A stretch of DNA of 64,000 nucleotides from Octopus vulgaris (taxonomy: Eukaryota). Both the position numbers and the translations under genes were made by a program. Below are positions 11,596 through 25,600 of this stretch, in pieces. Location of the stretch: the NCBI GenBank assembly GCA_951406725.2, contig OX597817.1, positions 173,848,001 through 173,912,000 of the forward strand, read 5' to 3'. Position 1 is the first letter of the stretch; every line of letters starts with the position of its first letter. The notes under the pieces were generated by a model. That model saw nothing but the letters and a program-made list of their open reading frames with translations, had not been told where the DNA came from and searched no databases.

Positions 11596-14260
11596 TATGA
11601 CTAACCCAGTTGGAAAAAGAGAGAGGAGAGACAGAGAGAGAGAGAGGATGGTGCAGAAGGTGTATTGGGGCATAGCCTCTAGTTACAGGGTGATCATCAT
11701 CATCATTTAGCATCTGCTTTCCATGCTGGCATGGGTTAGACTGTTTGGCTGAAACTGGTAAGCCGGAGGGCTACACCAGGTTCCAGCCTGATTTGGCATA
11801 GTTTTTACAGGTGGATGCTCTTCCTAATGCCAACCACTCTAAGAGTGTAATTGGTGCTTTTTACATGTCACAGGCATGGGTGCCAGTTATGTGACACCGG
11901 CATCAGCCACAATTACGATTTCACTAGGCTTGATGGGTTTTCTCAAGCATGGGATATCGCCAAAGGTCTTGGTCACTTATCACTGCCTCAAGTGAAGTGG
12001 TGCAGAGGATTAACTCACAATATCCTAAGAAGAAAAAAAGATTTCAACAATGCCTTCAGTTTATGTTAAAGTTACATGTATGTTTATATTGCCAACAAGC
12101 TCCATACTATACATCACTAATTATTATGGTTAATCTATTAAGATCTTAATCAGTTGTTTACATTCAGAAATTATATTTTAGGTTTCCTGACTATTTTAGT
12201 ATTTTACTTGTTTCAGTTGCAGGACTGCAGCCATGCTGGAAAACCATGTATGAAGTTACTTGAACCCCAGAACTTATTTTAAGTCTAGTACTTATTCTAT
12301 CTATTTTCTCTTTCTTCTTTTTTCTTTTTTGTGACCTGCTAAGTTATAGGAATGTAAACAAACCAATACTGGCTGTCAGGTGGTGGTATGTATTCATGTA
12401 TATATGCATACTTACAAATGCATGCATGCATACACACACACACACATACATACATACATGTATATTCAATGGGCTTCAACATAGTTTCTGTCAACCATAT
12501 TCACTCACAAAGCACCAGTTGGCCTGGAGCTATGTTAGAAAACACTTGCCCAAAGTGCCAGGAATTGGGACGGAACCTGAAACCAGGGAGTTGAGAAGCA
12601 AACTTTTTAACCATAGTCATGCCTGCACCAAAACAGAATTTTAAAATGATCAAAAAAATCAAACAAATTGAAGATTAAGCCTTTATCTTCATACTTTGCA
12701 TGTCACGAACAAACAAATAATCAGGAAGCTAATGAGACCAAAAGTAAATCGGTCTCATGACCACTGAGGTGAATCCAAGGTATAGTTATCTAAGGCACAC
12801 TGCACCTACTCAGGTAAATTGAAATTTATCCGAGTAGGTGCAGTAGGGTCGGGTGCTTAAGAAGGTCACCTTGTAACTGCAAAGATCTGACACTTAAGAA
12901 AATTACATTTCACTGAGATGTCATTGCATGGCCATTTTGGGCAAATGTCATTTTCTGTAGCTTCAGGTCAAGCTATTCCTTGTGAGTAAAATTGGGTAGA
13001 TGGAAATTGTACAGAAGCCTGACAGATAGACTGGATTGTACCTGTAATTGAAAAGGTGCAGCCCTGTCACAAACAGCATCAAGCTGATTCGTCATCATCA
13101 TCATCATTGCCTACTTTTCCATGCTTGCATGGACCAAGTGGAGTTTTGTTGGGGTAGATTTTTTCCAACGGTCAGATACCCCTCTCCTTGTTGCAAACTC
13201 TCACCTGTGTCTAAGCAAGGTAATATTTCCTCATGACCAGACACGTTTTCAGCAAAGATGAATGAAGGACACCACCTACACAATGGTAACAATCATTTAC
13301 AGCTATGAAGCAATGTCCAGGCAGGGAGACAATAAAACACACACACATACACCACAAAGTAAAAGGAAAACAATTTCTTCCAAACCCTTTCAGACCGTTT
13401 TAATTTCCAATTTTTTCCTGATTTCCTAAACCTTGGCTTGGAATTTTTAACATTGGATAAAATGACCATACACATTGAAACCTAGATGTTAAGAGAAAAT
13501 ATCAAACATGCTCTTAACTAAGCACAGACCCCCAAAGGACCAAGGGTGGTGTTAATACAAGAGACAGAGTAAATCTAAAACTTAAGAATACAGAATGCAC
13601 AGAGTTGGAACAAATACTCCATCACATTTCATCTGACAATTCCAACATTCCATCACTTTATTCTATTGACGTCAAAAAGATGAAGGGTAAAACTGACTTT
13701 TGGTGGAATTTGAACTCAGTGTGTAGAGAACTAGAACAAATACTGCAGACAACTCATCCAACACTAAAATTTCTATCATCTTATTACCTGAGTTTTGGTG
13801 GAATTTGAACTTAATGTGTAGAGAACTTGAAGAAATACTGTAGGCATTTTGTCCAACTTTTTAACAATTATGGTAGTTCACCACCTATAAAACTGACACA
13901 ACAGATTTGTCCTGAAGGGGAAAATGTAATAGAATTGGGTCTCTGTAATATTCATTCATTTATTTTATTTTTATATGTCTGTATGTCTATTTTTTCATGC
14001 TAGCATGGGTTAGAGGATATATACTTATTGAGACATTGTTTTGCAGTTGGATGACCTTTCTAACATTAACTCTTATCCACTTTTCAAGTTAGGTATCTTT
14101 TCGCCATGAGGTTTCAAAAGTCTGAAGAAAAGAGATGATTTGCTCACAGAACTGACAACGACAACACCACCTCCATTGTGTTGCAAATTTCCAAGAAGTG
14201 AGTGAAATGCAAACAAACAAATAGACACACATGCATGCATGCGTGCACACCACACACACA

Positions 14261-14295
<35 letters not shown>

Positions 14296-14432
14296 TTGAA
14301 GAATTACCATTTTGAATGAAATAGTATTACACTCATAAATATTGTGTAATTTATGACGCTATAATAAAAATATACACAAACTGCCTTGTTTTATTCTCTT
14401 CTTGGACATTTATAAAGGATGGTCCACTTTCA

Positions 14433-14670
14433 GTTTCTTATTTCTTTACTGCCCACAAGGGTTTAAACGTAGAGGGGACAAGCAAGGACAGATAAAGGGA
14501 TTAAGTCGATTACATCGACCCCAGTGCATAACTGGTATTTAATTTATCGACCTCGAAAGGATGAAAGGCAAAGTCGACCTCGGCGGGATTTGAACTCAGA
14601 ACGTAAAGACAGATGAGATACCGCTAAGTATTTTGCCCAGCATGCTAACGTTTCTGCCAGCTCGCCGCCT
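14433..14670 (-). mobile_element. tRNA-derived SINE family B, well-preserved copy
   Basis: Minus strand begins GGCGGCGAGCTGGCAGAAACGTTAGC, has B-box GAGTTCAAATCCC, then GTCGACTTTGCCTTTCATCCTTTCGAGGTCGATAAA. Confidence 0.8.
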
Positions 14671-15431
14671 TCAGTTTCTGTATGACAAATCCACTCACAA
14701 GTCTTTGGTCAACCTGGAACTGTAGAAGAAAACACTTGCCTAAGGTGCCATGCAAATGGTACGTAAACCACATGGAAGGGAAGCAAACGATTCTTTGACC
14801 ATACAGCCATGCCTGGGCCTTGTGTTTATTTTATTGACCCAAGAGAAATCTGAAAAGAAAGTAAACCTGAGCAAGATTTTCACTCATAATGTTAAAGGAC
14901 TGAAATAAATATTGCTTTCAAATTTTTGCACAAGGCCAGCAATTTCGGGGGAGGGGTATAAGTTGATTACAATGGCCCCAGTGTTCAACTGGTACTTATT
15001 TTATTGAACCTGAAAGAATGAAAGGTGAAGTTAACTGCAGCAGAATTTGAACTCAGAACATAAGGACAAACAAAATGCCACTAAGCATTTTGCCCAGTAT
15101 GCTAACAATTCTGCCATCTCACTTGCCTTCTGGACAGAAATAGATATTGAGAGATATTTAATCTAGCAGACTGCTATTTTTGTCACACAACTACTTTATC
15201 CACCCCACCCACCTTGTATATTAAATACTCATTCCGCAGTGATGAAATGGTAAAAGTTTCCAGTGAATCAGCATTTTCAATGGAGAACCAAATTCTGAAT
15301 GAAATCCAAATTGCTTCACCAAACTTGCCTGAAACACAGTCTTCATGGATAAATTCTCCCCAGAAGTTCCAATTCTCAAGTCAATTCTAGTTGAAGTCAT
15401 TCTATTACTTTGACTCATATTACAACATTAA

Positions 15432-16039
15432 TCCTTTTGATACCAACCCACCTGAGACCACCACCCCCTCATTCCAGAATAGAAACTTCCTGTTTTAAAG
15501 TGTTCTAAATTAAGACCATCCGTCCAAATTTCTTGTTAATATATGTTTCAAACGCCAACTTTATAATGGCAGTTATTTTACTAAATACTTCATTACTTTT
15601 AGAATTAACTGAAACAGTTTTGCAACCATATTTCAACAGTAATATGGTAAGTAGCTTGCTTACAAACCAGATGGTTTTGGGTTCAGTCCTACTGTGTGGC
15701 ACCTTGGGCAAGTGTCTTCTACTATAGCCTTGGGCCAACAAAAGCCTTGAGAGTGGATTTGGTAGACGGAAACTGAAAGAAGCCCATCGTATATATGTAT
15801 ATATATGTATATATGTATGTGTGTTTGTGTTTGTCCCTCCAACATCGCTTGACAACCGATGCTGGTGTGTTTACATCCCTGTAACTTAGCAGTTTGGCAA
15901 AAGAGACCAATAGAATAAGTATTAGGCTTACAAAGAATAAGTCCTGGGGGTCGATTTGCTCGACTAAAGGCGGTGCTCCAGCATGGCCTCAGTCAAATGA
16001 CTGGAATAAGTAAAAGAGAAAGAGAGAGTAACAAAAAGG
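15432..16039. mobile_element. piggyBac-type MITE interrupted by a SINE family A copy (15645-16030)
   Basis: TTAA flanks at 15428-15431 and 16040-16043; the body matches 2054-2273; the SINE is nested just inside the right end. Confidence 0.65.
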
Positions 16040-17211
16040 TTAAATTAGTAAAAATTGCAGCAGCCAACCTAAAACATACAGCTAAGTAATTAAAATAGTT
16101 AATTTGTAGTTTTTGTGATTTCTATATAATTTATTATAAACATTGTTGGAAAATGTTTTAACAATAGAGAATTTTTAGTAAATTTTAATACATAATAATC
16201 TTTATTATAGGCACAAGGCCCGGAATTTTGGAGATGAGGGTAAGTCAATTACATCAACCCCACCCACAAAAAAGGATGAGAGGCAAAGTTGAATTTGGCA
16301 GAATTTAAACTCAGAACTTTAATACATAATGGTTTCAGTTTTTGGCACAAGGCCAGCAAGTTTGAGGAATGGGTATATTGACCCCAGTGCTCAACTGGTA
16401 TTTATTTTGTTGACTCCCAAAGGGATGAAAGGCAAAGTTAACTCCAGCAGCATTTGAATTCAGTATGTAAAGACAGACAAAATGCTGTAAAGCATTTTAC
16501 CTGGTATGCTAACAATTTTGCCAGATCTAGGCAAGGTTGTTTATGGAAGACCAGTAGTCACCCATGCATGCCAGTCTCCCCTCTCCATGCCACTGATGTT
16601 ATCCAAGGGAAAGGCAAAGGGGCCAATACAGCTTGGCACCAATGACGTCATAACTCATTTCTACAGCTGAGTGAACTTGAGCAATGTGAGATAGAGTGTC
16701 TTGCTCAAGAACACAGCACATAGCCCGGTCCAGGAATTGAACTCACAACCTCGTGAATTGTGAACCTGATGCTCTAAACACTGAGCCACGCACCTTCACC
16801 TGGCTGGAAGAGAGGCAATTAAATGAGGAAAAGTGAAAACTCTATCAAGGCTACTGAACAGCGAATAACTAGAACCAACACAGTCAAAGCAAAAACTAAG
16901 AATATAATATCTGTCAAAATATATGGCAACATAAAAATGAGAGAATAAAAAAAGCTATGTTAGAGCAGTAATAGAGATAGTGTGGAATGCTAGAAGGAAA
17001 TATAGGATTAAGTTAGATGAAAAGTGTTAATAACACAAGCTGTAATCTGTGGTGTCAAAATTATGCAAGATCTCCAAGGATACATTGCTGTACTTAAAGA
17101 TAGTGAAATTTATATACTTTACTAGTTTAGCCACTCAGTTGTAGCCATGTTGGTTTCCCGCCCCCATATACATTGCTAATTCGTTTGTTTTATATCTGTT
17201 TTACCCTGCTA

Positions 17212-17242
<31 letters not shown>

Positions 17243-17616
17243 TGTTTGTTTTTATGTCAAGTTACACCTGAAACCTATTTAAGATTAAACTAAAGGATTA
17301 ACCAATACTTTTTAATAGAAGTGTATGTTTATTAAACTTTAACAAGGAAAAAGTTAACAGTGACTCAGGAATGTGTGTACTGACAATAGCTGGATGGATG
17401 AATGGAAGGATAGATATATACATAGCATTAGATTTTTTAGGTCATTCAATTTCTCTCACCTGAACAATAGACTGATTGAGTAAACCTATCAGTAACATAC
17501 CTGTAATTACTGGAAACAGCTGTAAGTCAAATTTATTTTAATAAAGGAAAAATATGTAATGACCATTATTTATAACTTGTCCTACATATGTGTGTGTCTG
17601 TGTGTGTGTGTATATA

Positions 17617-17715
<99 letters not shown>

Positions 17716-18022
17716 GGAGGCACAATGGCCCAGTGGTTAGGGCAGCGGACTTGCAGTCGTAGGATCGCGGTTTCGATTCCCAGACCAGGCGTTGTGTGTG
17801 TTTATTGAGCGAAAAACACCTAAAGCTCCACGAGTCTCCGGCAGGGGGTGGTGGCGATCCCTGCTGTACTCTTTCGCCACAATTTTCTCTCACTCTTTCT
17901 TCTGTTGGCCTACTCGCTTAGCCAGCAGGGTGGCATCATTTGAAGGCTAAAACAATGTGAAGCGCATTGTGACCAGCGATATGTAGCAACATCTGATAGC
18001 CTGGTCGGTCACGGTGATCACA

Positions 18023-18026
<4 letters not shown>
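17716..18026 (+). mobile_element. tRNA-derived SINE family C
   Basis: A-box TGGCCCAGTGG and B-box GTTTCGATTCC, followed by a non-tRNA body; flanked by (TA)n. The 3' part is also at ~40680-40790. Confidence 0.8.
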
Positions 18027-18068
<42 letters not shown>

Positions 18069-18070
18069 TA

Positions 18071-18925
18071 CTCGATAGAGTGTAAGTGCCTTGAGAGAAA
18101 AGTTGGACTTGAGAAGCATCAGATGTGGTGTGCAAGAGAGACGACTGTGCTGGTATGGTGATGTGGTGAGAATGGATGAGGATAGTTGTGTGAAAAAGTG
18201 TCACCCCCTAGTGGTTGAGGGAACTTGTGGAAGAGGTTGATCCAGAAAGACCCGGGATGAGGTGGTGAAGCACGACCTTCAAACATTAGGCCTCACCGAG
18301 GCAATGACTGGTGACCAAGACCTTTGGAAATATGCTGTGCTTGAGAAGACCTGGCAAGCCAAGTGAGACCATAACCCGTGGCCTATGCCAGTGGTGTAAC
18401 CGGCCCACTTATGTGTACCTTTCTTTCATTGGACACTAAACTCTGTTTGCGAAGACCTGTTGGTAAAATCGAAATCAAATTTGCTGATGTGGCTGATGAC
18501 AGCACCTCATGACTGGCATCCGTGCTAGTGTTATGTTAAGAGTGCCATCTGAGTGTGATCATTGAAGGGCCGCTGACTGGCTCCCTTGCCAATGGCATGT
18601 AAAAAGCACCATTCAAGTGTGAAGAACAACATTCGAGCGAATTCATTGCCAGTGCCACTGGACTGACTCCTGTGCAGGTGGCACGTAAAAAACACCATTT
18701 GAGCGTGGCCGTTGCCAGTATCACATGACTGGCCCTCATGCTGGTGACACGCAAAAGCACCCACTACACTCTCAGAGTGGTTGGCATTAGGAAGGGCATC
18801 CAGCTGTAGAAACTCTGCCAGATCAGATTGGAGCCTGGTGCAGCCATCTGGGTCCCCAGTCCTCAGTCAAACTATCCAACCCATGCCAGCATGGAAAGCG
18901 GACGTTAAATAATGATGATGATGAC
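18071..18925 (+). mobile_element. RTE LINE 3' end (5'-truncated, decayed)
   Basis: Encodes remnants of CGVQERRLxWYG...DEVVKHDL, then the RTE 3' UTR and a (GAT)n tail. Confidence 0.85.
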
Positions 18926-19605
18926 TATACACATACAGACACACACACACACACATATATATGGTTGAAGCAGCCACTGAAATGAAATTACTGTTATTCT
19001 AAAGTCATTCACTACAGTTATTTTCATGATCTCAAAAAAAAAAAAAAAATTATTGGTTTTTTTTTAATGTAGGAAAATTATATCTGACGTAAGAACCCTC
19101 TCTTCAGACAAAGTTATTGAAATATTGATATTTCGATAAGTGCTCATGCAGAGAAGCTTTTATGAAAAAAGATCCAATTTTTTTAAATATTAAAAAAATT
19201 TAAATTTTCTTAATGAGCTGATTGAAACAATCCTAATGTGCAATTAGAAGTATCCTTAATTAGTTTTCTGTGATTACTTAAACGTTTTCTGAGGCTCTTT
19301 TCCATTGTTATAGCCTGAATCCAGTTAAGCATTACTTACATGCAGTTAAGTGTGCGATACAGGAATTTTTGTGAAATTAATAACATTTGAATATTGTATC
19401 CCAGCCCATATGGTAATGTGCCATGCACATCATAAAGTATGTGTAGTGCAAATCTCTCTAGCTATATTTATATATATATATCATCATCATCATCATCATA
19501 AAGTGTTTTGCTCAAGAACACAATGCATCACTCAGTCTAGGGATTGAAACCATGATCTCATGATCGTGAGTGCAACCACTCTAACCACCAGGCCATGCAT
19601 CCAGA

Positions 19606-19670
<65 letters not shown>

Positions 19671-19936
19671 GTAGTAGTAACAATAATAATAATAATCCTT
19701 TCTACTATAGGTGCAAAGGCTGAAATTTGTGGGAAGTGGGTAAGTCGATTATTTAACCCTGAAAGTATGAAAGGTAAAGTCGACCTTTGCAGAATTTGAA
19801 CTCAGAACGTAGCAACAGATAAAATATCACTAAAGTGTTTTGTCCAGCATGCTAACGATTCTGCCAGTTCACTGCCTTGTTGTTGTCGGCGGCGGCGGCG
19901 GCGGTGGTGGTAGTAGTAGTAGTAGTAATAACCGAC

Positions 19937-20347
19937 AAGATGTGGCATCTCAAGACACATTACCATTGGTTGTAGGAGCACTTGGAATGATCAAAAAAGG
20001 AACTAAAAATTATTTAAGAATGATCCCTGGCTTACCATCCATGCAGGAAGTGCAAAAGATTGTTTTAACTGGAATGTCGCACGTACCGAGAAGAGCTTTG
20101 TCACAGTGAATTTTCTCTCCTTTTTTTCCCCTTTTTAAATTTTTCTATTTTTATTTTTCCTTTTTCTCTTTGTTTTTCTTCCCCTTATTCTTTATCATAT
20201 GACATTGTAAATGAACAATCTGATGTGTTTATTTTAATGGCCTACCAATATATATATAGTGCATTTCTCTGCCCTAGGTGTCAGGAAGACACTTGGCAAG
20301 AAATAGAAACAGAATTGAAAGATGATAATGAAAATAATATTAATAAT

Positions 20348-20395
<48 letters not shown>
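19937..20395 (+). mobile_element. R4/Dong-like non-LTR element 3' end (end of restriction-like endonuclease region, 3' UTR, (TAA)n)
   Basis: KMWHLKT / LPLVVGALGMIKKGTKNYLRMIPGLPSMQEVQKIVLTGMSHVPRRALSQ* resembles the C-terminus of RLE-type ORFs. It lies among (TAA)n tracts, the established target type of Dong-like elements. Confidence 0.7.
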
Positions 20396-20406
20396 TAGAA
20401 AATTAC

Positions 20407-20593
20407 CTGTGGCTTTACAAACAGCTAGAGCTGCTTCATTAGCACCGGCTAAAATCTGAATTCCAATAGGTTTCTTATTAAATACTTTCTTCACTTCATT
20501 CATTACAACAGCCATGCTAGCCACAATTTCAGGACCAACATCTTTAGAATGCAAATATGGGATGTCATGCATGTTCTCAAGCATGATCCCATC
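20407..20593 (-). CDS. internal exon of a BtpA/SgcQ-family protein (metazoan F13E9.13-like)
   Basis: Polypyrimidine tract plus CAG acceptor and GTAATT donor. The 187 nt encode DGIMLENMHDIPYLHSKDVGPEIVASMAVVMNEVKKVFNKKPIGIQILAGANEAALAVCKAT(G), with the family motifs ENMHDxPY and PxGxQIL. Confidence 0.9.
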
Positions 20594-21470
20594 CTGATGA
20601 GAGAGAAGAAAAGAAAATTATTAAATAAATTAATAGCATGACCGAGTGATAAAAAATTCTTTGAACACCAATCAACACAAGGCAAGACAACATATCCAGA
20701 AATGCTTCATCTAAAGTTTCGTTTCTCTCCAAAATGTTGGCTGCTTTTTCTACTAAGTCAAGCAAACAAGAGGAAGCTCCCTCACTGGCTGAAAATTGGT
20801 GAAGTTTAGATTGTCAAGTTGGATTGAACTTTTGTATATTGTTGTCCATAGGACAAAATATTAGCAAGAGCAGAATCCCACTTCACAGAGATGTACTGAG
20901 TCTTCTTCTGCTGAAACTATGTGATTTTGGTGAAGCACGTGTGTCTCCAAGACAACAACTAATGTGTAATTATGGTACTTCTGTAAATGTGCTTAAAATT
21001 TTTGTTAATTTTGACCTTGAATCACAAGAGGTCTGGACCTACCAGACATAAGACATTTAGCATTTCACAATGCAGTATTTTGCTTGGATATTCTAAACTC
21101 CTCTAAACCCATTAAGGGATCTACTCATCTGAATTGTGCAAAGATTATGTTTATTTTACAAACTAAGGAGTAAAACTGTTTTTTTCTGAACTGAATTAAC
21201 AATGTTGTCTTTGCTATCAGACTATCGACATCTCAGACGTACTGTCAAAACAGCTTTGTGATTGATATCCTTTCTTCGTATCTTTGGGTGACATTTCTAT
21301 GCAGGGTTGGGGACTGAAACTCAAACTTTATTTAACTAACTGGATCAGGCTGTTTTAACCATTGGCCTGTTGTCCTGGAGAACAACAGTGTTACCACTTT
21401 ATGGTACTTAAGCATTAGACTGAAGTAATTGTCTCCATATTTGTTTGACAAGTCAGGTCTGTGCTACCAT

Positions 21471-21866
21471 TCTATATATATAAATCTGAAGTTGTCTGTG
21501 TATGGCAGGTTTGGTAGCCTTCAACTAACACTATCTCCTCCGAGACTCTGCGGCGCAAGTTGACCAAAATTGAAAGTATGATAGAAGAAGGCTTGCTCTT
21601 CATTCCGTAGAAGATAAAATTCAAATCGGACCATGTTAAGACCAAAAATTATTTACATCAAAAAGGTGTATTTACATCAAAAAGGTGTAAAAAAATCCTT
21701 ATTTTTTTCGATTTTTTGACTGCTGTGTTGCCATTTTTCGGTGTATTTCAACCAGAAAAATGTTCACTTAAAGAGAATAACAAGCTACATAATGCAAAAT
21801 TTTTACTTTTCAAAAGTTCCAATTCTAAAGGGTCGAAACCTGAGCAACGCCGGGCAATACTGCTAG
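21471..21866 (+). mobile_element. non-autonomous Helitron
   Basis: 5' TC, subterminal GC-rich hairpin (CCTGAGCAACGCCGGG) and 3' CTAG followed by T. Second partial copy at 36934-37203. Confidence 0.75.
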
Positions 21867-22689
21867 TAATTGTCTAAATTTGCATAGCATGAAGCTACTT
21901 CTATATTTTTGTATAACTATAAAGAATACCAACAATCAAAAAAAAGATCAAAGGTCCTTCCCTAGCCATAGGCTCATAAGGCCAATTTCCTAGATTCTGT
22001 GGTGCATATATCTATTCCCCATTGGATGGGGTACCAGTCCATTGCAAGATTACTCATTTTTGCCAACTGAGTGAACCGAAGTGTTTTGTTCAAGAACACA
22101 ACACATCTCCCAGTTCAGAAATCAAACCCACAACCTTGTGAGTATGAGTACAGCACTTTAACCACTAAGCCATAAGCTTCCACATGCCAATAGTACTGTG
22201 CAAGAATATTAAAAGTACTATCCATCTCTAGATATCTAATTTGGTTCTTTCACAACATATTTTAACCATACTTCAAATGTTAGAAGGATTACATTTGCTC
22301 TTTTATGATGTTCCAAGAATAAATGAATGAGAAGACCTTTTTTTTCTTCGGTGTCTGCTTATCACAAAGAAACAATGAACAACTCACTAGGATTCCCCAT
22401 CACAGATGAAGCAGCCCCTTGTGCTGATAAGGGAACCACAAGCTTTCTTTACAGACATCAAATGTTCGAGATATGACAGTGCTTCAGTCCATGTATGTGT
22501 AACAAACACTCACCATCAAACAGCAAACAGTAGATTAGCAATCATTACAATTTCTTGACAATGTCCTAAGATACTTCAGATAAAAGGGTTTAATTATTGA
22601 TGAATTTTTTTTTAATCAACCCTAAAATGTGGAGAAGTCATGTCTGTGAGAATTATGGGCTGGTTCTCTTACACTGGTAAGATTGGAGC

Positions 22690-25600
22690 AGTCTGAAAAG
22701 AGTTTGAGCTGTATGTTGATGTCAGAACAAAAATCATGGGCATGGAAGAAATTACAGAGGGGTTTCATTATAGTTCCAAGTAAAAAGGATTAGAGAAAAG
22801 TCCCAAGTGTGTGACCTAAAGAAAGGTAAAGGCACATCGGTATTGAAGGAAGGAACAAAGACAGGGTTGGGTGTAGCAGGTTGTTTGGGGAGGATGAAGG
22901 ATTCTCAATGTTTCCAAGGGACATACGATAATGTAGTTACTGCAGAAGAAGCAGAAAAAAGAAACATCCGAGCTGTGAGCCCACTAATGGTTGTGGTATG
23001 TTGGTAAGTCTTTGTTAATCAGTGAATGGTATTTTTGTGAATGCAGTCTAGAAGGTTTGGGTGTGTGTAGTAAGAGCACTATTCCAGATATGTGAGTACA
23101 CGAATGTGGGTCAGACTTGAGTTTTGAAGAAGGTCAGCAACTAATTAGAGCTGAAATATTTTTTGGCTCTGAAGAGGAAGTCTAGTCTTTGGGATGCACA
23201 TTGCACATTTAGTAGTGTTTTATACTCACATAGATGCATCTATGTATGTGTGTGTTTGTGTGCATGCATGTATGCACATGTATGTGTATGTATGTATACG
23301 TGTGTACATTTGTATGTATATATATATATATATGCATATATGTGTGTGTGTGTATGCATGTATGTATGCATGTGTGTATATGTGTATGAATGATGTACAT
23401 ATGTATACACACATTTATGAAGCAACCATAGAAACAGCTACAGCCTGTGGGGCCAAGTATTTGAGGTAACTTTGAGGGTAATAGTTTTGTGTTGTTCATG
23501 GATAGATGGAATACTGTAGAAAGAAGTGATAAGTGTAGTAATTATATCTTCGTTTCATTGAAGGGGATTAGGTTATCCTGACCCCCTGGAGGATATTTTT
23601 GATGCCTGTTCACAATAACACTTCATATCTGGTGTGTCAAGTGGATGGTGCATCTATGAGGAAGTTTATAGAGGTTAGAGAAGTGTGGTATCACAAGAAC
23701 TTGTGCTGTTAAGAAATGATAACAAGCAAATCATTTATGTAGAGAAGGACAAGTATCTTGTGACTTCTTGAAGGTCATCTTGTCCCAGAGTTGATGTATC
23801 ATGGGTTGGAGAAAGCCCTGTGAATACCGATGCAATGAAGAAGTCTGGCACAAAACTCTGAACACAAGAGATGAGAAAGAGGTAGGGAACAAAGAGAAAG
23901 TATCTTGTGACTTCTTGAAGGTCATCTTGTCCCAGAGTTGATGTATCATGGGTTGGAGAAAGCCCTGTGAATACCGTTGCAATGAAGAAGTCTGGCACAA
24001 AACTCTGAACACAAGAGATGAGAAAGAGGTAGGGAACAAAGAGAAAGTATCTTGTGACTTCTTGAAGGTCATCTTGTCCCAGAGTTGATGTATCATGGGT
24101 TGGAGAAAGCCCTGTGAATACCGTTGCAATGAAGAAGTCTGGCACAAAACTCTGAACACAAGAGATGAGAAAGAGGTAGGGAACAAAGAGAAAGTATCTT
24201 GTGACTTCTTGAAGGTCATCTTGTCCCAGAGTTGATGTATCATGGGTTGGAGAAAGCCCTGTGAATACCGATGCAATGAAGAAGTCTGGCACAAAACTCT
24301 GAACACAAGAGATGAGAAAGAGGTAGGGAACAAAGAGAAAGTATCTTGTGACTTCTTGAAGGTCATCTTGTCCCAGAGTTGATGTATCATGGGTTGGAGA
24401 AAGCCCTGTGAATACCGATGCAATGAAGAAGTCTGGCACAAAACTCTGAACACAAGAGATGAGAAAGAGGTAGGGAACAAAGAGAAAGTATCTTGTGACT
24501 TCTTGAAGGTCATCTTGTCCCAGAGTTGATGTATCATGGGTTGGAGAAAGCCCTGTGAATACCGATGCAATGAAGAAGTCTGGCACAAAACTCTGAACAC
24601 AAGAGATGAGAAAGAGGTAGGGAACAAAGAGAAAGTATCTTGTGACTTCTTGAAGGTCATCTTGTCCCAGAGTTGATGTATCATGGGTTGGAGAAAGCCC
24701 TGTGAATACCGATGCAATGAAGAAGTCTGGCACAAAACTCTGAACACAAGAGATGAGAAAGAGGTAGGGAACAAAGAGAAAGTATCTTGTGACTTCTTGA
24801 AGGTCATCTTGTCCCAGAGTTGATGTATCATGGGTTGGAGAAAGCCCTGTGAATACCGATGCAATGAAGAAGTCTGGCACAAAACTCTGAACACAAGAGA
24901 TGAGAAAGAGGTAGGGAACAAAGAGAAAGTATCTTGTGACTTCTTGAAGGTCATCTTGTCCCAGAGTTGATGTATCATGGGTTGGAGAAAGCCCTGTGAA
25001 TACCGATGCAATGAAGAAGTCTGGCACAAAACTCTGAACACAAGAGATGAGAAAGAGGTAGGGAACAAAGAGAAAGTATCTTGTGACTTCTTGAAGGTCA
25101 TCTTGTCCCAGAGTTGATGTATCATGGGTTGGAGAAAGCCCTGTGAATACCGATGCAATGAAGAAGTCTGGCACAAAACTCTGAACACAAGAGATGAGAA
25201 AGAGGTAGGGAACAAAGAGAAAGTATCTTGTGACTTCTTGAAGGTCATCTTGTCCCAGAGTTGATGTATCATGGGTTGGAGAAAGCCCTGTGAATACCGA
25301 TGCAATGAAGAAGTCTGGCACAAAACTCTGAACACAAGAGATGAGAAAGAGGTAGGGAACAAAGAGAAAGTATCTTGTGACTTCTTGAAGGTCATCTTGT
25401 CCCAGAGTTGATGTATCATGGGTTGGAGAAAGCCCTGTGAATACCGTTGCAATGAAGAAGTCTGGCACAAAACTCTGAACACAAGAGATGAGAAAGAGGT
25501 AGGGAACAAAGAGAAAGTATCTTGTGACTTCTTGAAGGTCATCTTGTCCCAGAGTTGATGTATCATGGGTTGGAGAAAGCCCTGTGAATACCGTTGCAAT

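Noticed and set aside
17716-17790. tRNA genes here and at 33186-33260
   Set aside because: A and B boxes are present but there is no complete acceptor stem, and the sequence continues into repeated SINE bodies.
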